Numbered from the stretch's first letter, positions 40,840 through 50,834 are shown. The stretch is 64,000 nucleotides of DNA from Leptolyngbyaceae cyanobacterium (GCA_965263355.1 CBDHHL010000032.1:3808001-3872000), one strand, 5' to 3'. Notes: generated by a model not told the origin, from the sequence alone. Numbers and translations: made by a program.

Positions 40840-43800
40840 TCATAGTGCTTGACCTTTAATAGACTCATTGGTTGCATCTATGTCTTCGTTATTCTCGATT
40901 ACATTTTCATCTAGTTCTAAATCTTCAGATAACTCTTCGGGAGATGTGCTTGGTATGGAGACTTGGCCTGGAAAGAGGATGTTGGTGGTATCTTCAAAGA
41001 AAATGGCTGGTTCCTCAGGTTCTAACGTAGATTCTTGTTGTTGTTCTGGCGCAATATCTTGTAGTCCAAAGCCATCAAATAAGCTATTAATCTTTGCTGA
41101 TACACCTAGGTAAAAACCACTGGCCGAGCGGTTTACACCAAAATCATCATCGTAGGCACCGCCACCGCTGTAGCCTCCATAAATTCTCATGTTAGGTGTA
41201 GGATAGTAACCAGCTTCTATGGCATAACCTATTTCGTTATAATCGCCTAATCCTCCAGCCCAACGGGCTTCAGCACTCATGTCCCAGCTGTAGCCAAACC
41301 TGTAGGTTGCTCTTAACTGGGCTAAGTGCAAGCTGTTGTTGGAAACAAAGTCACCGCCTTCATCAGTGGGCAAATTAATTTTAGTTTGACTATGACGAAA
41401 GGCATACTTGCCGTAAAATTCCCATTGCCAGTTGGGAGCATAGATAGCCTCGGCTGAGAACAAATGCTCAGCTGTGTCGATGCTGCGGCCAAATAGTGCA
41501 TTAGTGGGTAAAGTCCCCGGATTAATACGATGTTCATATCGCATAAGCGCATTGAATCGGTCATCGTTTGGATCACGATAGGCCAGACCTAGCTTTAGAT
41601 TGCTAGTGGTACCAATATTACTAATGCCCTGATTTGCGGCCCTATTGAGCTGATAGTTGAATAATGCACTGACAGCAGGTGTGAGTCGTCCCACCGCTGA
41701 TGCATTAAACGTCGTATTGGAGTTTTCGGAAGAGTCACGGTGCTCAAATCGGGCACTGGCTTGCAAATCTGGGTTATCCGTATAGGATAGTCCGACGGTA
41801 TAGGTATTGCCGTTAGTCAGTCCAAGAGATGACCCACCCGTGCCTACGGCAAAAGGCTGACTAAATTGAGAGCCTGCAGCGGTACCCCCAAGGATGCTGT
41901 TAAAGGTGCGTTCATACCCCAAGTCGAGTCGCAGACCAGGGCTCAGATTAAATCCATGTTCAATACCGATAGATCCTCCCAGGTGTTGCCCATCGATACT
42001 ACTGAATCGTCCACGGAGTGTCGTATCTTCGCCCAATGAATGTTCTCCAGAAATATCAAAAATGGTGTAAGAGTCGCGATCGCTCAATCCTTCATCCCCA
42101 TAAAATACTTGGCCTAATGCCAGGTTTATACCCGGCATAAATTCCCAATCAAGGCCAAAGAATGTTCGACTGGGGTAAAGAGGGTCGCTATCGGATGAAA
42201 GATTGAGTTCATTTTGAGCTCGCAGAGTGAGCTTATTGGTTAGGCGGGTGGTTAAGCGAGTCCGTAATTGATCAGAACTGGTGGTTAGTTGGTCAGGATT
42301 GGTACGGTCGGTGCGATCGCGATGAATCCAATCAAACTCCAGATTAGAATCGCCTAGACGCTGGGCTAGCCCTAGTGAGTAAGTTGTCAGGGAATTGTCT
42401 ACTTGTCTTCCAGGTACTGGATTCTGGCCAGGTTCTAACAAATCTTCAAGATTGGTAATGGGGCGTGGCGCTACTCCGTTATTATCCTCATGGTCAAACT
42501 GAGCACGAAGTGTGGTGTTACGGCTGACCTTGATATTGGCCTGGACTCCATAGCGGGTCTGTCCCGGAACAAAACTGGTGGTGGCGGCATTGGTAAATCC
42601 GGCGTCAGTAGAGCGCCAATAGGCCCGACCATTTAACCAATCACCCACTGCACCGTCTAGCTCCACACGATAGGCCGATCCACTAATGGGGCCAGACAAG
42701 TCAAAGTCACTTTCTGAATGGGCTACCTCAGCTATCAGACGACTGCTTTCTCCTAAAGAGATCTGGGCATCGGCACCAAATAGAGTAAAGTTTCGACTTC
42801 CCTGATTTTCTCGGAGGTAAGACGTGCCTAGCCAGGACGCTTGATTAAGATCACGGTTAAAGTTGTACTGCAACCGCCCAGCTAAAATATTGGTATTAGT
42901 GTTTTCCCCTTCATACTGGTAGGTAACCACAATCCGGCGTACTAAGACTGTCCCAAAGTCACCCACTGCCGTTTGGGCTACCGGATCTTCAAACAGCAGG
43001 GTGCCACGATCGTAGTCGATGTCATAGTCTGTGTTGCGATGTAAACGCTCCCGTTCGATGACAGTCCCTGGTCGATCTAGTTCTTCGGTTTCGATATAGA
43101 CTTGTTCACTCCCGGAGATCACTAATCGTCGTGAGAGAAAGTAGAGACCGCTGGTGCCATCTGGGGCAATGGTGTCGCGTTGAAAGCCTTCAACGTTATC
43201 ACCATAAAAACCTGTGATTGCTAGATCTCCCAGGTTATAATTCAGCTTAAAGCCATGGAGCTGGCGCGACGTGGACGTAAATAACTGAGATGAATTAGCG
43301 AATTCTTCGGTGTTATAATCTCCCCACATAATATAGTCGGCAGTTGCACCTTCTACAGGTGAGGTTCTTTCTAACCGCAGGTATAAATTGTCGGTAGAGG
43401 GGGTGGTAACATCCATAGTTGAGTCGTCACCATATACCGGATAGAGATTGGTACAACTCCCTGAACTTTGACGAAATAGTGCTGTTTCGCCACGGCAATC
43501 TTCGTTGAGGGCGCGATCACTATTAAATGCTCCAGTTAACAACCACTCACCAACATTACCCATGGTAAAGAGAGAGGCATCTAGATCAAGGCCATAGGCA
43601 TTGTCGCCATCTGGTGGTAAAAAATCTCGTAAACTGTCATGGAAATTCGTCCCCCGTGCGCCAAATCGTAAATCAACAATGCCCGTGGCAATACTGGGGC
43701 GTTGGGGAGTAATGAATTGTACCTGGTTAAAGGCTTCTAATCCATTGCTGGCAGCTTGTAATTGTACTATGTGGGCGTCAAGTGATGACTGCAACTCCGC

Positions 43801-44904
43801 TGTAAAACGTCCATTTTTGGCTTCTACCTGGAAACCTGGTTGGTCAGCTACATGATCTACCCCAACAAATTCACCATCGCTAGAGTTAAGGGTGACAATA
43901 GCATCCCAGTTAGATATATTACCATTGCTGTCTAGTAATTGTCCCTGTAGTGTAGTCGTTGAGCGTCCATCTGCCGGAATTTTTGATTCACGAGTATGGA
44001 GCGTCATCTCGGTAGGGGCTCCTCGCACTTCAACTGTAGTTGATTGCAATATACTACTGTCACTGCTACGTAGCACCGTTATAGTGTTAGTCCCCTCTGT
44101 CAAGGGGACACCATACCAGGTCTGGGTGACTAAATTAGTGGCAGGATCAGTTTCGGTGCGACCAATTGAGTCGTCATTGACGGTGTTATCATTCACTTGT
44201 AGTTGAATGTTGGCACCAGTTGGAAAGCGAACAATGACTGTGATAGCAGGTACATCGACCACACTGTCTGATGTCGGATTTACGATTTCAACTTGGTTTT
44301 CTGATATAATTTGAGAGAAACTATGGGTAGACTCAGCAGTAAGTGCTTCTGTCTTAGAAATTTCTTCCTCTAATGGAACATCTGTGAGATTTGCTAGAGT
44401 TTCGGTAGAAGTAAAGTCGTGGGTAGACGATACTTCTGTCGTACTCAATAGAGTAGATTCATTAAGTGTGATCGTCTCAGCTGAGGTTGGCCTGGCTGAA
44501 CTTGACAACTTTGGTGCTAGTAGAGTTTGGGAGGCTGTTTCTTGACTAAGTTTATGTTCCGACCCTACCTTAGGTGGAGAGGCATAGGCCAAGCTACTGA
44601 ATGCAATAGTTGATAGTGCTACTGAGCTACCTAGAAGAGTTTTTAATTGTCGGGGAGATAGTTTATAAGGTAGAGGATTTACCCTCTCTAATTTTGATCT
44701 TAGTAGTGAAATAAATCTTGTTTCTGGATTGATTGTTTTGTTGTTGTTAAGCAAAAAGCTTAACAGCTCAGTCCTTGACTTTAAAGAGGACGTGGATACT
44801 GTTTTTTTATCTCTCGCTCCCCTCTGAGTGTTGATTTGCTGTTTTAGATTGATAACAGCTAGAAGCTTTAAGTAGGAGCTTTTAGGATTTTGGTTGGATG
44901 ACAT
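40840..44904 (-). CDS. Very large outer-membrane beta-barrel protein with periplasmic Ig-like domains
   Basis: Signal-like segment at about aa 88-108; invasin-like IPADGRS Ig domain; YPVYGDDS and DYDIDYDRGTL motifs; long amphipathic-strand C-terminal half; start overlaps the stop of the upstream gene. Confidence 0.75.
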   Translation of the reverse strand: MSSNQNPKSSYLKLLAVINLKQQINTQRGARDKKTVSTSSLKSRTELLSFLLNNNKTINPETRFISLLRSKLERVNPLPYKLSPRQLKTLLGSSVALSTIAFSSLAYASPPKVGSEHKLSQETASQTLLAPKLSSSARPTSAETITLNESTLLSTTEVSSTHDFTSTETLANLTDVPLEEEISKTEALTAESTHSFSQIISENQVEIVNPTSDSVVDVPAITVIVRFPTGANIQLQVNDNTVNDDSIGRTETDPATNLVTQTWYGVPLTEGTNTITVLRSSDSSILQSTTVEVRGAPTEMTLHTRESKIPADGRSTTTLQGQLLDSNGNISNWDAIVTLNSSDGEFVGVDHVADQPGFQVEAKNGRFTAELQSSLDAHIVQLQAASNGLEAFNQVQFITPQRPSIATGIVDLRFGARGTNFHDSLRDFLPPDGDNAYGLDLDASLFTMGNVGEWLLTGAFNSDRALNEDCRGETALFRQSSGSCTNLYPVYGDDSTMDVTTPSTDNLYLRLERTSPVEGATADYIMWGDYNTEEFANSSQLFTSTSRQLHGFKLNYNLGDLAITGFYGDNVEGFQRDTIAPDGTSGLYFLSRRLVISGSEQVYIETEELDRPGTVIERERLHRNTDYDIDYDRGTLLFEDPVAQTAVGDFGTVLVRRIVVTYQYEGENTNTNILAGRLQYNFNRDLNQASWLGTSYLRENQGSRNFTLFGADAQISLGESSRLIAEVAHSESDFDLSGPISGSAYRVELDGAVGDWLNGRAYWRSTDAGFTNAATTSFVPGQTRYGVQANIKVSRNTTLRAQFDHEDNNGVAPRPITNLEDLLEPGQNPVPGRQVDNSLTTYSLGLAQRLGDSNLEFDWIHRDRTDRTNPDQLTTSSDQLRTRLTTRLTNKLTLRAQNELNLSSDSDPLYPSRTFFGLDWEFMPGINLALGQVFYGDEGLSDRDSYTIFDISGEHSLGEDTTLRGRFSSIDGQHLGGSIGIEHGFNLSPGLRLDLGYERTFNSILGGTAAGSQFSQPFAVGTGGSSLGLTNGNTYTVGLSYTDNPDLQASARFEHRDSSENSNTTFNASAVGRLTPAVSALFNYQLNRAANQGISNIGTTSNLKLGLAYRDPNDDRFNALMRYEHRINPGTLPTNALFGRSIDTAEHLFSAEAIYAPNWQWEFYGKYAFRHSQTKINLPTDEGGDFVSNNSLHLAQLRATYRFGYSWDMSAEARWAGGLGDYNEIGYAIEAGYYPTPNMRIYGGYSGGGAYDDDFGVNRSASGFYLGVSAKINSLFDGFGLQDIAPEQQQESTLEPEEPAIFFEDTTNILFPGQVSIPSTSPEELSEDLELDENVIENNEDIDATNESIKGQAL

Positions 44905-46451
44905 TATTGGACTTTCTCCTGGAACGTGGGCGTGACGCCAAAGTTCATGCGCACCATGCCACCGGGAGCAATATTTACCATCCGAGACTGGCTGTTGCGT
45001 TCTTTAAAGTAAAGGTTGGGAGCCAGGGTATAACCAGGTAAGCTGGTTAAATCCAGAACTCCGCTACGGGTACCTGGTAACATGCACTGGACTGAGTACA
45101 AACCATCAGCATCGGTAACAATGCGATTGCCATCGTCTAAGAAGATCACAGCATTGGGGACACCGGCTTCACCTGGCTGTTGTTCCCCATCAAAGTTTTT
45201 GTCAACAAAGACACGGCCAATTAATGTGGCACAGTCTGTGAGAATACCTGGGTCAATGACGAGTCGGTGAATACTCGGGCCATCTTGTACAAAGAGTTGA
45301 TTGTCGCTGCGCTCAGCTGTAACCAATGCGGAGTTCTCGCCATCGCCTCGCAGGGCATCCGGCGTGACTTGTACGGCGTAAAGTACACTCATCGACGTAT
45401 CCACGGGTAGGGGAACTGTCGTTGTAAAGGTGACTTCAGAGCCAGATGCTTGGGCATCCATGGCAACAGTTTGCTCGTTTAGGACTCCGGTAACGGATTC
45501 GGGAATGAGTTGAAAACCTTGGGGGAGAAAGTCCTGAACCGTAACGGAATCTAGTTCAATATCGGTTAGATTGCGTAATTCTAAGCGATAGACAACGGTG
45601 TCACCCGGCTGAGCTGCAGCACGGTCAGCTGTTTTTGTAATACTAATTTGGTTTGGATCGCACATCACCATACCGAAGGCCAGAGAAAACAGGTTGAGTC
45701 CCTGGGTTTCGGCATTAAAAATTTCGACAACAGTTTCGCTGATTTGTTCACCACCACTGGTACTGATTGGAATGCCATCTAACGCAGTTGCGGTATAGCG
45801 AATGATGGAGCTGTTAACGCCGTCGGCACTGGTTACAAGCTCCAATTTGATGCGACGTTGGGGGTATACAGAATCTGCTGGCGGATTGACCACTAGAATA
45901 TATTGAGCGTCTGTGCTGGTTTGAGTGAATCCTGCATTAACGGCGCTTTGCAAGGGGGTTTCTGGATCAAATAAGAAGTTATATTGTCCAGCATCGGCAT
46001 TGGTTAAGAAAAATGGATTGCTGTTCTCTGTGTTGGGAGCTTTACCACCAGGAATGCTATTATTTTCAATGTCAGGTAGTTCTGTCCCTGTGAGGGGAAC
46101 GATGGGACCTAAGTCTAAGCCACTGGCATCAGGCTCATATAAAGCAACAGAAAAACCGTCATAATTTGGTAATAAATCTCCGTTACAACCTAAAATTTGA
46201 CCTAGTGGATCGATCAGGGAACTGGTTTCAACTATGATCTCTGCGGATACACCACCCAGCGTAATGTTGAGATCGCCATCTCGATATTGGTAGGTAGCCT
46301 GATTGTAAATTTCACCAGCTCTTGCGATCTCAACAAATGATGCCTGACTAACGCTGCATGCTAGCAAAAACGCTACCATGCTATGGGGCCATCTGTGCTT
46401 GGCACCTAGTTTTAGTTTGGGTGACTGAAATAATTTCATTATGAACCTCAA
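44904..46451 (-). CDS. DUF11 plus SdrD-B-like secreted protein (putative base/anchor subunit)
   Basis: Signal peptide; IYNQATY N-terminal strand; complete DUF11 ITKTADR..PGD...QDFLP...ENSA; GRVFVDKNFDG.Q..GE.GV. Confidence 0.8.
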   Translation of the reverse strand: MRFIMKLFQSPKLKLGAKHRWPHSMVAFLLACSVSQASFVEIARAGEIYNQATYQYRDGDLNITLGGVSAEIIVETSSLIDPLGQILGCNGDLLPNYDGFSVALYEPDASGLDLGPIVPLTGTELPDIENNSIPGGKAPNTENSNPFFLTNADAGQYNFLFDPETPLQSAVNAGFTQTSTDAQYILVVNPPADSVYPQRRIKLELVTSADGVNSSIIRYTATALDGIPISTSGGEQISETVVEIFNAETQGLNLFSLAFGMVMCDPNQISITKTADRAAAQPGDTVVYRLELRNLTDIELDSVTVQDFLPQGFQLIPESVTGVLNEQTVAMDAQASGSEVTFTTTVPLPVDTSMSVLYAVQVTPDALRGDGENSALVTAERSDNQLFVQDGPSIHRLVIDPGILTDCATLIGRVFVDKNFDGEQQPGEAGVPNAVIFLDDGNRIVTDADGLYSVQCMLPGTRSGVLDLTSLPGYTLAPNLYFKERNSQSRMVNIAPGGMVRMNFGVTPTFQEKVQ

Positions 46452-46738
46452 CCCTAAACAATTAAAAAATTAGCGTTAGTAACAGTTTTGCCTGTTGCGA
46501 TAGTGCAAGCGCTGACTTGTCAGTTTTTGCATTAGAAGAGGCAATTAGTCAGGTCGCTGTTATCAGTGAAATGCCACTGACTACTCACCATTGTTTGACC
46601 AAATTTTTGCGTGAGCGCTCAGTCGAATGCTCAGGTCAAGCTTGCTATCCACAAGAATGAGTGTGATGCAAGCCTAGAGAAGACTTTTCTAAAGCAGCCA
46701 GAGTATTGATACGTAAAGCCTTAATTATGGAAATGTTG

Positions 46739-46774
46739 AAAGAAAAGCATGGGAGGAGAAGATGCCCCTCCCAT
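46739..46774 (-). terminator. Internal terminator/stabilising hairpin within the DUF11 cluster
   Basis: ATGGGAGG...CCTCCCAT stem followed on the minus strand by a T-rich run, right after the 193-aa gene. Confidence 0.6.
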
Positions 46775-46783
46775 AGTCAAGAG

Positions 46784-47365
46784 TTACTTGACTTTAACGT
46801 TGTATGACGCTCTAACAGATTGTGCGGAAGCTAGATCGTCGCCGAAGTTCCACTGGATGTGCGTATACATTTCAGCAGGTGCAGGTTGCAGCTCAACCGT
46901 ACCATCGGGCAGGGTAACTTCAATCAGAGGCTCAGTCACAAAACTTTGGCCACCATCAATGCTGTAAACAATTTCAGCGCTGCTATCAGTATTAGCTGAA
47001 TTAAGAATATAGCTTGTTTGGTTAGGTACAGGCTGAGTGACAGATAGCCCTTTGGCCTCAATATCACCAGAGTTAGCACCATCAACCATGTAACGTAGAA
47101 CATCACCAGGTTGAACGGTAACTTTACCTTCAAGGGCTTCCCAAGAGATTTTCTCCTGGCCATTGGTGTCTAACTTAACAAGTTGTTTTTCTGCGCTTAG
47201 CGTTAGTTTGACCTCAGGGCGCAGTACAGCTTGAACAATGGCTTCCTTAACTTCCTGTAGCTGAGCCATTACAGGTTGATTGCTAGCAAAAGGGATAGCT
47301 CCTACTAAAGCCAATGCCCCTAGACCCAACAAAAGACGTTGCTTGGCAAAAAGACGTCGCATCAT
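46784..47365 (-). CDS. Single DUF11-like domain secreted protein
   Basis: Signal peptide; VQPGDVLRY...NSG...QPVP...YSIDGG...YTHIQW...ASYNVKVK. Confidence 0.8.
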   Translation of the reverse strand: MMRRLFAKQRLLLGLGALALVGAIPFASNQPVMAQLQEVKEAIVQAVLRPEVKLTLSAEKQLVKLDTNGQEKISWEALEGKVTVQPGDVLRYMVDGANSGDIEAKGLSVTQPVPNQTSYILNSANTDSSAEIVYSIDGGQSFVTEPLIEVTLPDGTVELQPAPAEMYTHIQWNFGDDLASAQSVRASYNVKVK

Positions 47366-47472
47366 AATTATTCTCGTTTAATTCTAAAGATTGTGTACGG
47401 TTCAAGGTCTAACCTTGGAGCAAGGGGCCAACTTCATCAGAGAATTTCCTTACTCCAGGAAATATATTAGGG

Positions 47473-50130
47473 TTAGTTAATTCGACGCTCAAACTCAACG
47501 TAGCCAGACTCTAAGGGCTCGACATCACCATCCACTTTAAAGACGTACTTAGTCGTGTCTGTGTTGTAAGATGTGCCCGAGAGTTCAGTTGTTGGTGTCG
47601 CTACATCTGGGTTAAACGCAGGTAAATCGCTAGCGTTGCAGACTTCGCTACCATTAAAGAACAAGACAGTACCGGTTGACCCATCGTCTAGGTTAGTCAA
47701 GTCAACTGAATTTTGTACATGGCGAGTGTCAAGATCGCCATTGGCATCGTTATCGTAGGCCCAGTTGTTAGCATCGGTAGCCGCCGCTGGACAACCCAGC
47801 TCTGTACCATCCTCAAGGATGGTTAGGTCAGATGCAGTCAACAAGACGTTGCCCTGCATAGGCGCAATCTCAGCTTCAGAGATGTTGCGATAGGTAACGC
47901 GATAACGAATGTGGTTACCCGGAGCAGGATTACCCGAGACTTCTGGACCATCACCACGAACAACCTGAGCAGTTTTCACAAGTTCTAAGAACCCCGTGTA
48001 AACCCGGTCAATGGTGATGTTTTCGGTTGTTGATGTATCTAAGACATTGGTAATGTCGGTGGTGTCAATGCCGTCATTATCGCTGCCAACGTCCTCAGCC
48101 TGAACCGCACTGACACCTGCAAAGGTGGCTACGATAGGTATAGGGAAGCTATCTAACTCCGTAATAACAGCCGGGTCGTTGGGTAAGTCAACCTCAACAC
48201 CGTAGTCAAATTCATCATCGCCGCCAGGTACCCCATCATTAGCGCGGATTGGCACAATAATGTCAGGATCAGTTAAAGTAGTCTTGCCCCAATTAGCACC
48301 ATTGTAGATGTATTCAACTCGAGTACCATCAGGTGCAATGATGGTAGCTGTTGTATTGTCAGGTAGTGCAGCCGGGTCATCCGGTGTAATTGGCTCTAGG
48401 CGAACCCAACCATCTTCAGTGCCAGAGTTGTCAACAGTATTGGTGAACTCAACGACAGGTGGATTACCATCAGAATAGGGAGCGGACTTATTGGTGAAGT
48501 CATCGTTAGTACCCGTAGGACCAACTGCATCAGGTGCTCCATCAGGACCATTCAACAGGTCAGCAACAGGTTCGGGTACTAGAGTGACAACAATGGCTTC
48601 ACCATCACCGTCAGTATTGTCACCTGTGTTGTCATCACCAGGGACAGTGGGGGTATTGCCGCCAGGGTCAATCCCTTGCTCAAGTAAGTCCGTGGGATCC
48701 TCGATATAACCGTCACCGGGCGTGAATCCCTCAGGTAGAGGTGTTGCAGGATCATCAATCACATCAGGATTGAAGTTGCTATAGGTGTCGGTATCGGGGT
48801 CGTAGTTACTGGGCGTGTCGTCACCAGATTCATCCATGACCGGAAAGCTGAGAGACTCGTCCTCTGGAGTTAGGGGATCGTCAACAACACCTGAACCGAA
48901 AACCTGAGCAATGTTAGCGACGGTGATGGGGGCAGCTGTCGGATCAACTCCATCGGTAACCACAGTTATTTGGAAACCGGTTACAGAAGTGCTACGTGGG
49001 ATTGCCGTGTTAGCAGGACCGATAAAACCAACTCGGGTGGCACCTGCTGGGTTAGTAGACCAAGTTGCTTCAAGGGCACTCGTTGTTAATGGATCAGAAG
49101 TATAGACGACACTCCAACCTGCTGCAGGGGTGGGAGGAGTAGGACTTAGAGAAGTGCCGTCCGGAATGGCGTCAGATACTAGTACATGTCTGTCGCTCAA
49201 TCCATTGAGCGTTATAGGCTGTAGATCAGCCGCTTGGGCGTCACTGCCAGCTGGGACTCCATTGTTATCTAGAACGTCAAATTCAAGGTCATAGGTGATG
49301 GTGTCATCTAGGGGATCCGCATTACCTTGGTCACTATAGTCGTTGATGGACTTCTTCAGTTCAACCAAAGGCTGCTCAAGGGGCTCTTCACCAATCGTGA
49401 TTTCACCCGTTGCACTGGCTTCACGCTCACCGTTAGTCGGTGCCTCAGGACCTGCTTCTTCTGCAGTCTGACTACCATTAGCAACGTCAGTAGCATCGTT
49501 GTCATCTGTGAAGACACTACCTCCAGAGGAGTCGTAGGGCTGGTTTTGACCATCGCCAGGCGTATCACCATATTGAACGCTGACGATATCATCGTTTTGC
49601 GCACTGGTGGAGACCTGAACAATCACCTGAACATTAAATGAGTCCCCAGGCGCAATGTTTTCTACGTCTGTTCGATTCGCAATGTCAGTTTCGTAGGTGC
49701 CATCGCCGTCTAAGTCAGCTCTGATGCTAACAACACTATCTACAGGACCAGTGAAATCAGCTACAGCAGGTAAACTAATGTCAGTTTCATCGTTACCGAC
49801 GTTCGTGACTTCAAAAATGTATTCTAGTTGCTCACCAGGGCCTGGAGGATCTGCGTCTGGTGTGACTTCTTGAGCAGCGGTGTTAACAACGGTAATACCA
49901 GCAATCTCAGCTACTTCGACCACAACTGTATTTGAGGTCGAAGTCTGAGGTGTACCATCGGGGTCACGATAGGTAGCAGTCGCAGTGTTGGTGATTTGTG
50001 TGCCAGCAGCAGTGCCATTTGCCAGTACAACACCCACTAGGTTAAACACACCGCCAATGGCAAGTGCGGATGCAATGACTGGCTTACAAAGCTTCCAGCT
50101 TAGTCTCTTAGAACTTATATTCTTTGTCAT
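47473..50130 (-). CDS. Large acidic DUF11-repeat secreted protein (putative major filament subunit)
   Basis: Signal peptide; GTAAGTQITNTATATY N-terminal strand; several F.VTN.GN / DUF11 modules; C-terminal LELVK...PGNHIRY...EFERRIN. Confidence 0.8.
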   Translation of the reverse strand: MTKNISSKRLSWKLCKPVIASALAIGGVFNLVGVVLANGTAAGTQITNTATATYRDPDGTPQTSTSNTVVVEVAEIAGITVVNTAAQEVTPDADPPGPGEQLEYIFEVTNVGNDETDISLPAVADFTGPVDSVVSIRADLDGDGTYETDIANRTDVENIAPGDSFNVQVIVQVSTSAQNDDIVSVQYGDTPGDGQNQPYDSSGGSVFTDDNDATDVANGSQTAEEAGPEAPTNGEREASATGEITIGEEPLEQPLVELKKSINDYSDQGNADPLDDTITYDLEFDVLDNNGVPAGSDAQAADLQPITLNGLSDRHVLVSDAIPDGTSLSPTPPTPAAGWSVVYTSDPLTTSALEATWSTNPAGATRVGFIGPANTAIPRSTSVTGFQITVVTDGVDPTAAPITVANIAQVFGSGVVDDPLTPEDESLSFPVMDESGDDTPSNYDPDTDTYSNFNPDVIDDPATPLPEGFTPGDGYIEDPTDLLEQGIDPGGNTPTVPGDDNTGDNTDGDGEAIVVTLVPEPVADLLNGPDGAPDAVGPTGTNDDFTNKSAPYSDGNPPVVEFTNTVDNSGTEDGWVRLEPITPDDPAALPDNTTATIIAPDGTRVEYIYNGANWGKTTLTDPDIIVPIRANDGVPGGDDEFDYGVEVDLPNDPAVITELDSFPIPIVATFAGVSAVQAEDVGSDNDGIDTTDITNVLDTSTTENITIDRVYTGFLELVKTAQVVRGDGPEVSGNPAPGNHIRYRVTYRNISEAEIAPMQGNVLLTASDLTILEDGTELGCPAAATDANNWAYDNDANGDLDTRHVQNSVDLTNLDDGSTGTVLFFNGSEVCNASDLPAFNPDVATPTTELSGTSYNTDTTKYVFKVDGDVEPLESGYVEFERRIN

Positions 50131-50730
50131 TATTTTTGAGAACTAATAAATAAAGTTAGGTTAAGCACCATTTTGTTAATAACAAAAGGCTAGGGGGCAG
50201 CAAGATTCAGATGAGGTCGTGATCATTAAAACGAGTGAACAGCTTAACAATCACAAACTAAGGTTGCTAAAATTCCAATCAATCAAGAGTATGCATTAGT
50301 TCAATATCACTAACTCTTTTAAGCTACTTGTGATATTTGATACTAAGCAAAGAAGATTCTTTCAGGACTAAATTGGATTTTTGAGCAAGGTGAAAAGAGA
50401 CTTGAAAACAGATCTTTTTGAAAGATAAACAATATCAATCTCTTTTTAAGTAGCTTTTGATGTTAATTGTTTCACATACTATTGGATGCCCAATGTGTAT
50501 GATTTTTTCGCTAAGTCATAGCACGTGTCTTTGAGTTTGTCTGATCAAGTATTTTTTCGGTCACAATATGTGCGAAATATGTGCTTTTTACCTATGTCGC
50601 AAATATGTATTGCACTTAAATAAGTAATTGATTGAGTATTTTTTACGTAGGCACTAGCGTGTAATCTATTTTTTGAAGCAAGTAATATCAATCAGTGGCT
50701 TTGAGGTATGGGCAGATAAGCTGAAATTAT

Positions 50731-50772
50731 AAAAAGCGCATGGGATCAATTTCTAACTCCCATGCGCTTTTT
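50731..50772. terminator. Intrinsic terminator after the GAF kinase
   Basis: AAAAAGCGCATGGGA...TCCCATGCGCTTTTT. Confidence 0.82.
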
Positions 50773-50834
50773 AATGTTGAGATCTTCTGATCTTGCTCAG
50801 AAATTTAGTTCACACAAAAAGATATTGATTATGA

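Noticed and set aside
40782..40877. N-terminal 32 codons of the 733-aa ORF
   Set aside because: They overlap the barrel gene; the ATG at 40781 gives a normal signal peptide.
50131..50730. c-di-GMP riboswitch in the leader of the DUF11 cluster
   Set aside because: No GCAAA...GACGCAAAGC-type core is visible on the coding strand.
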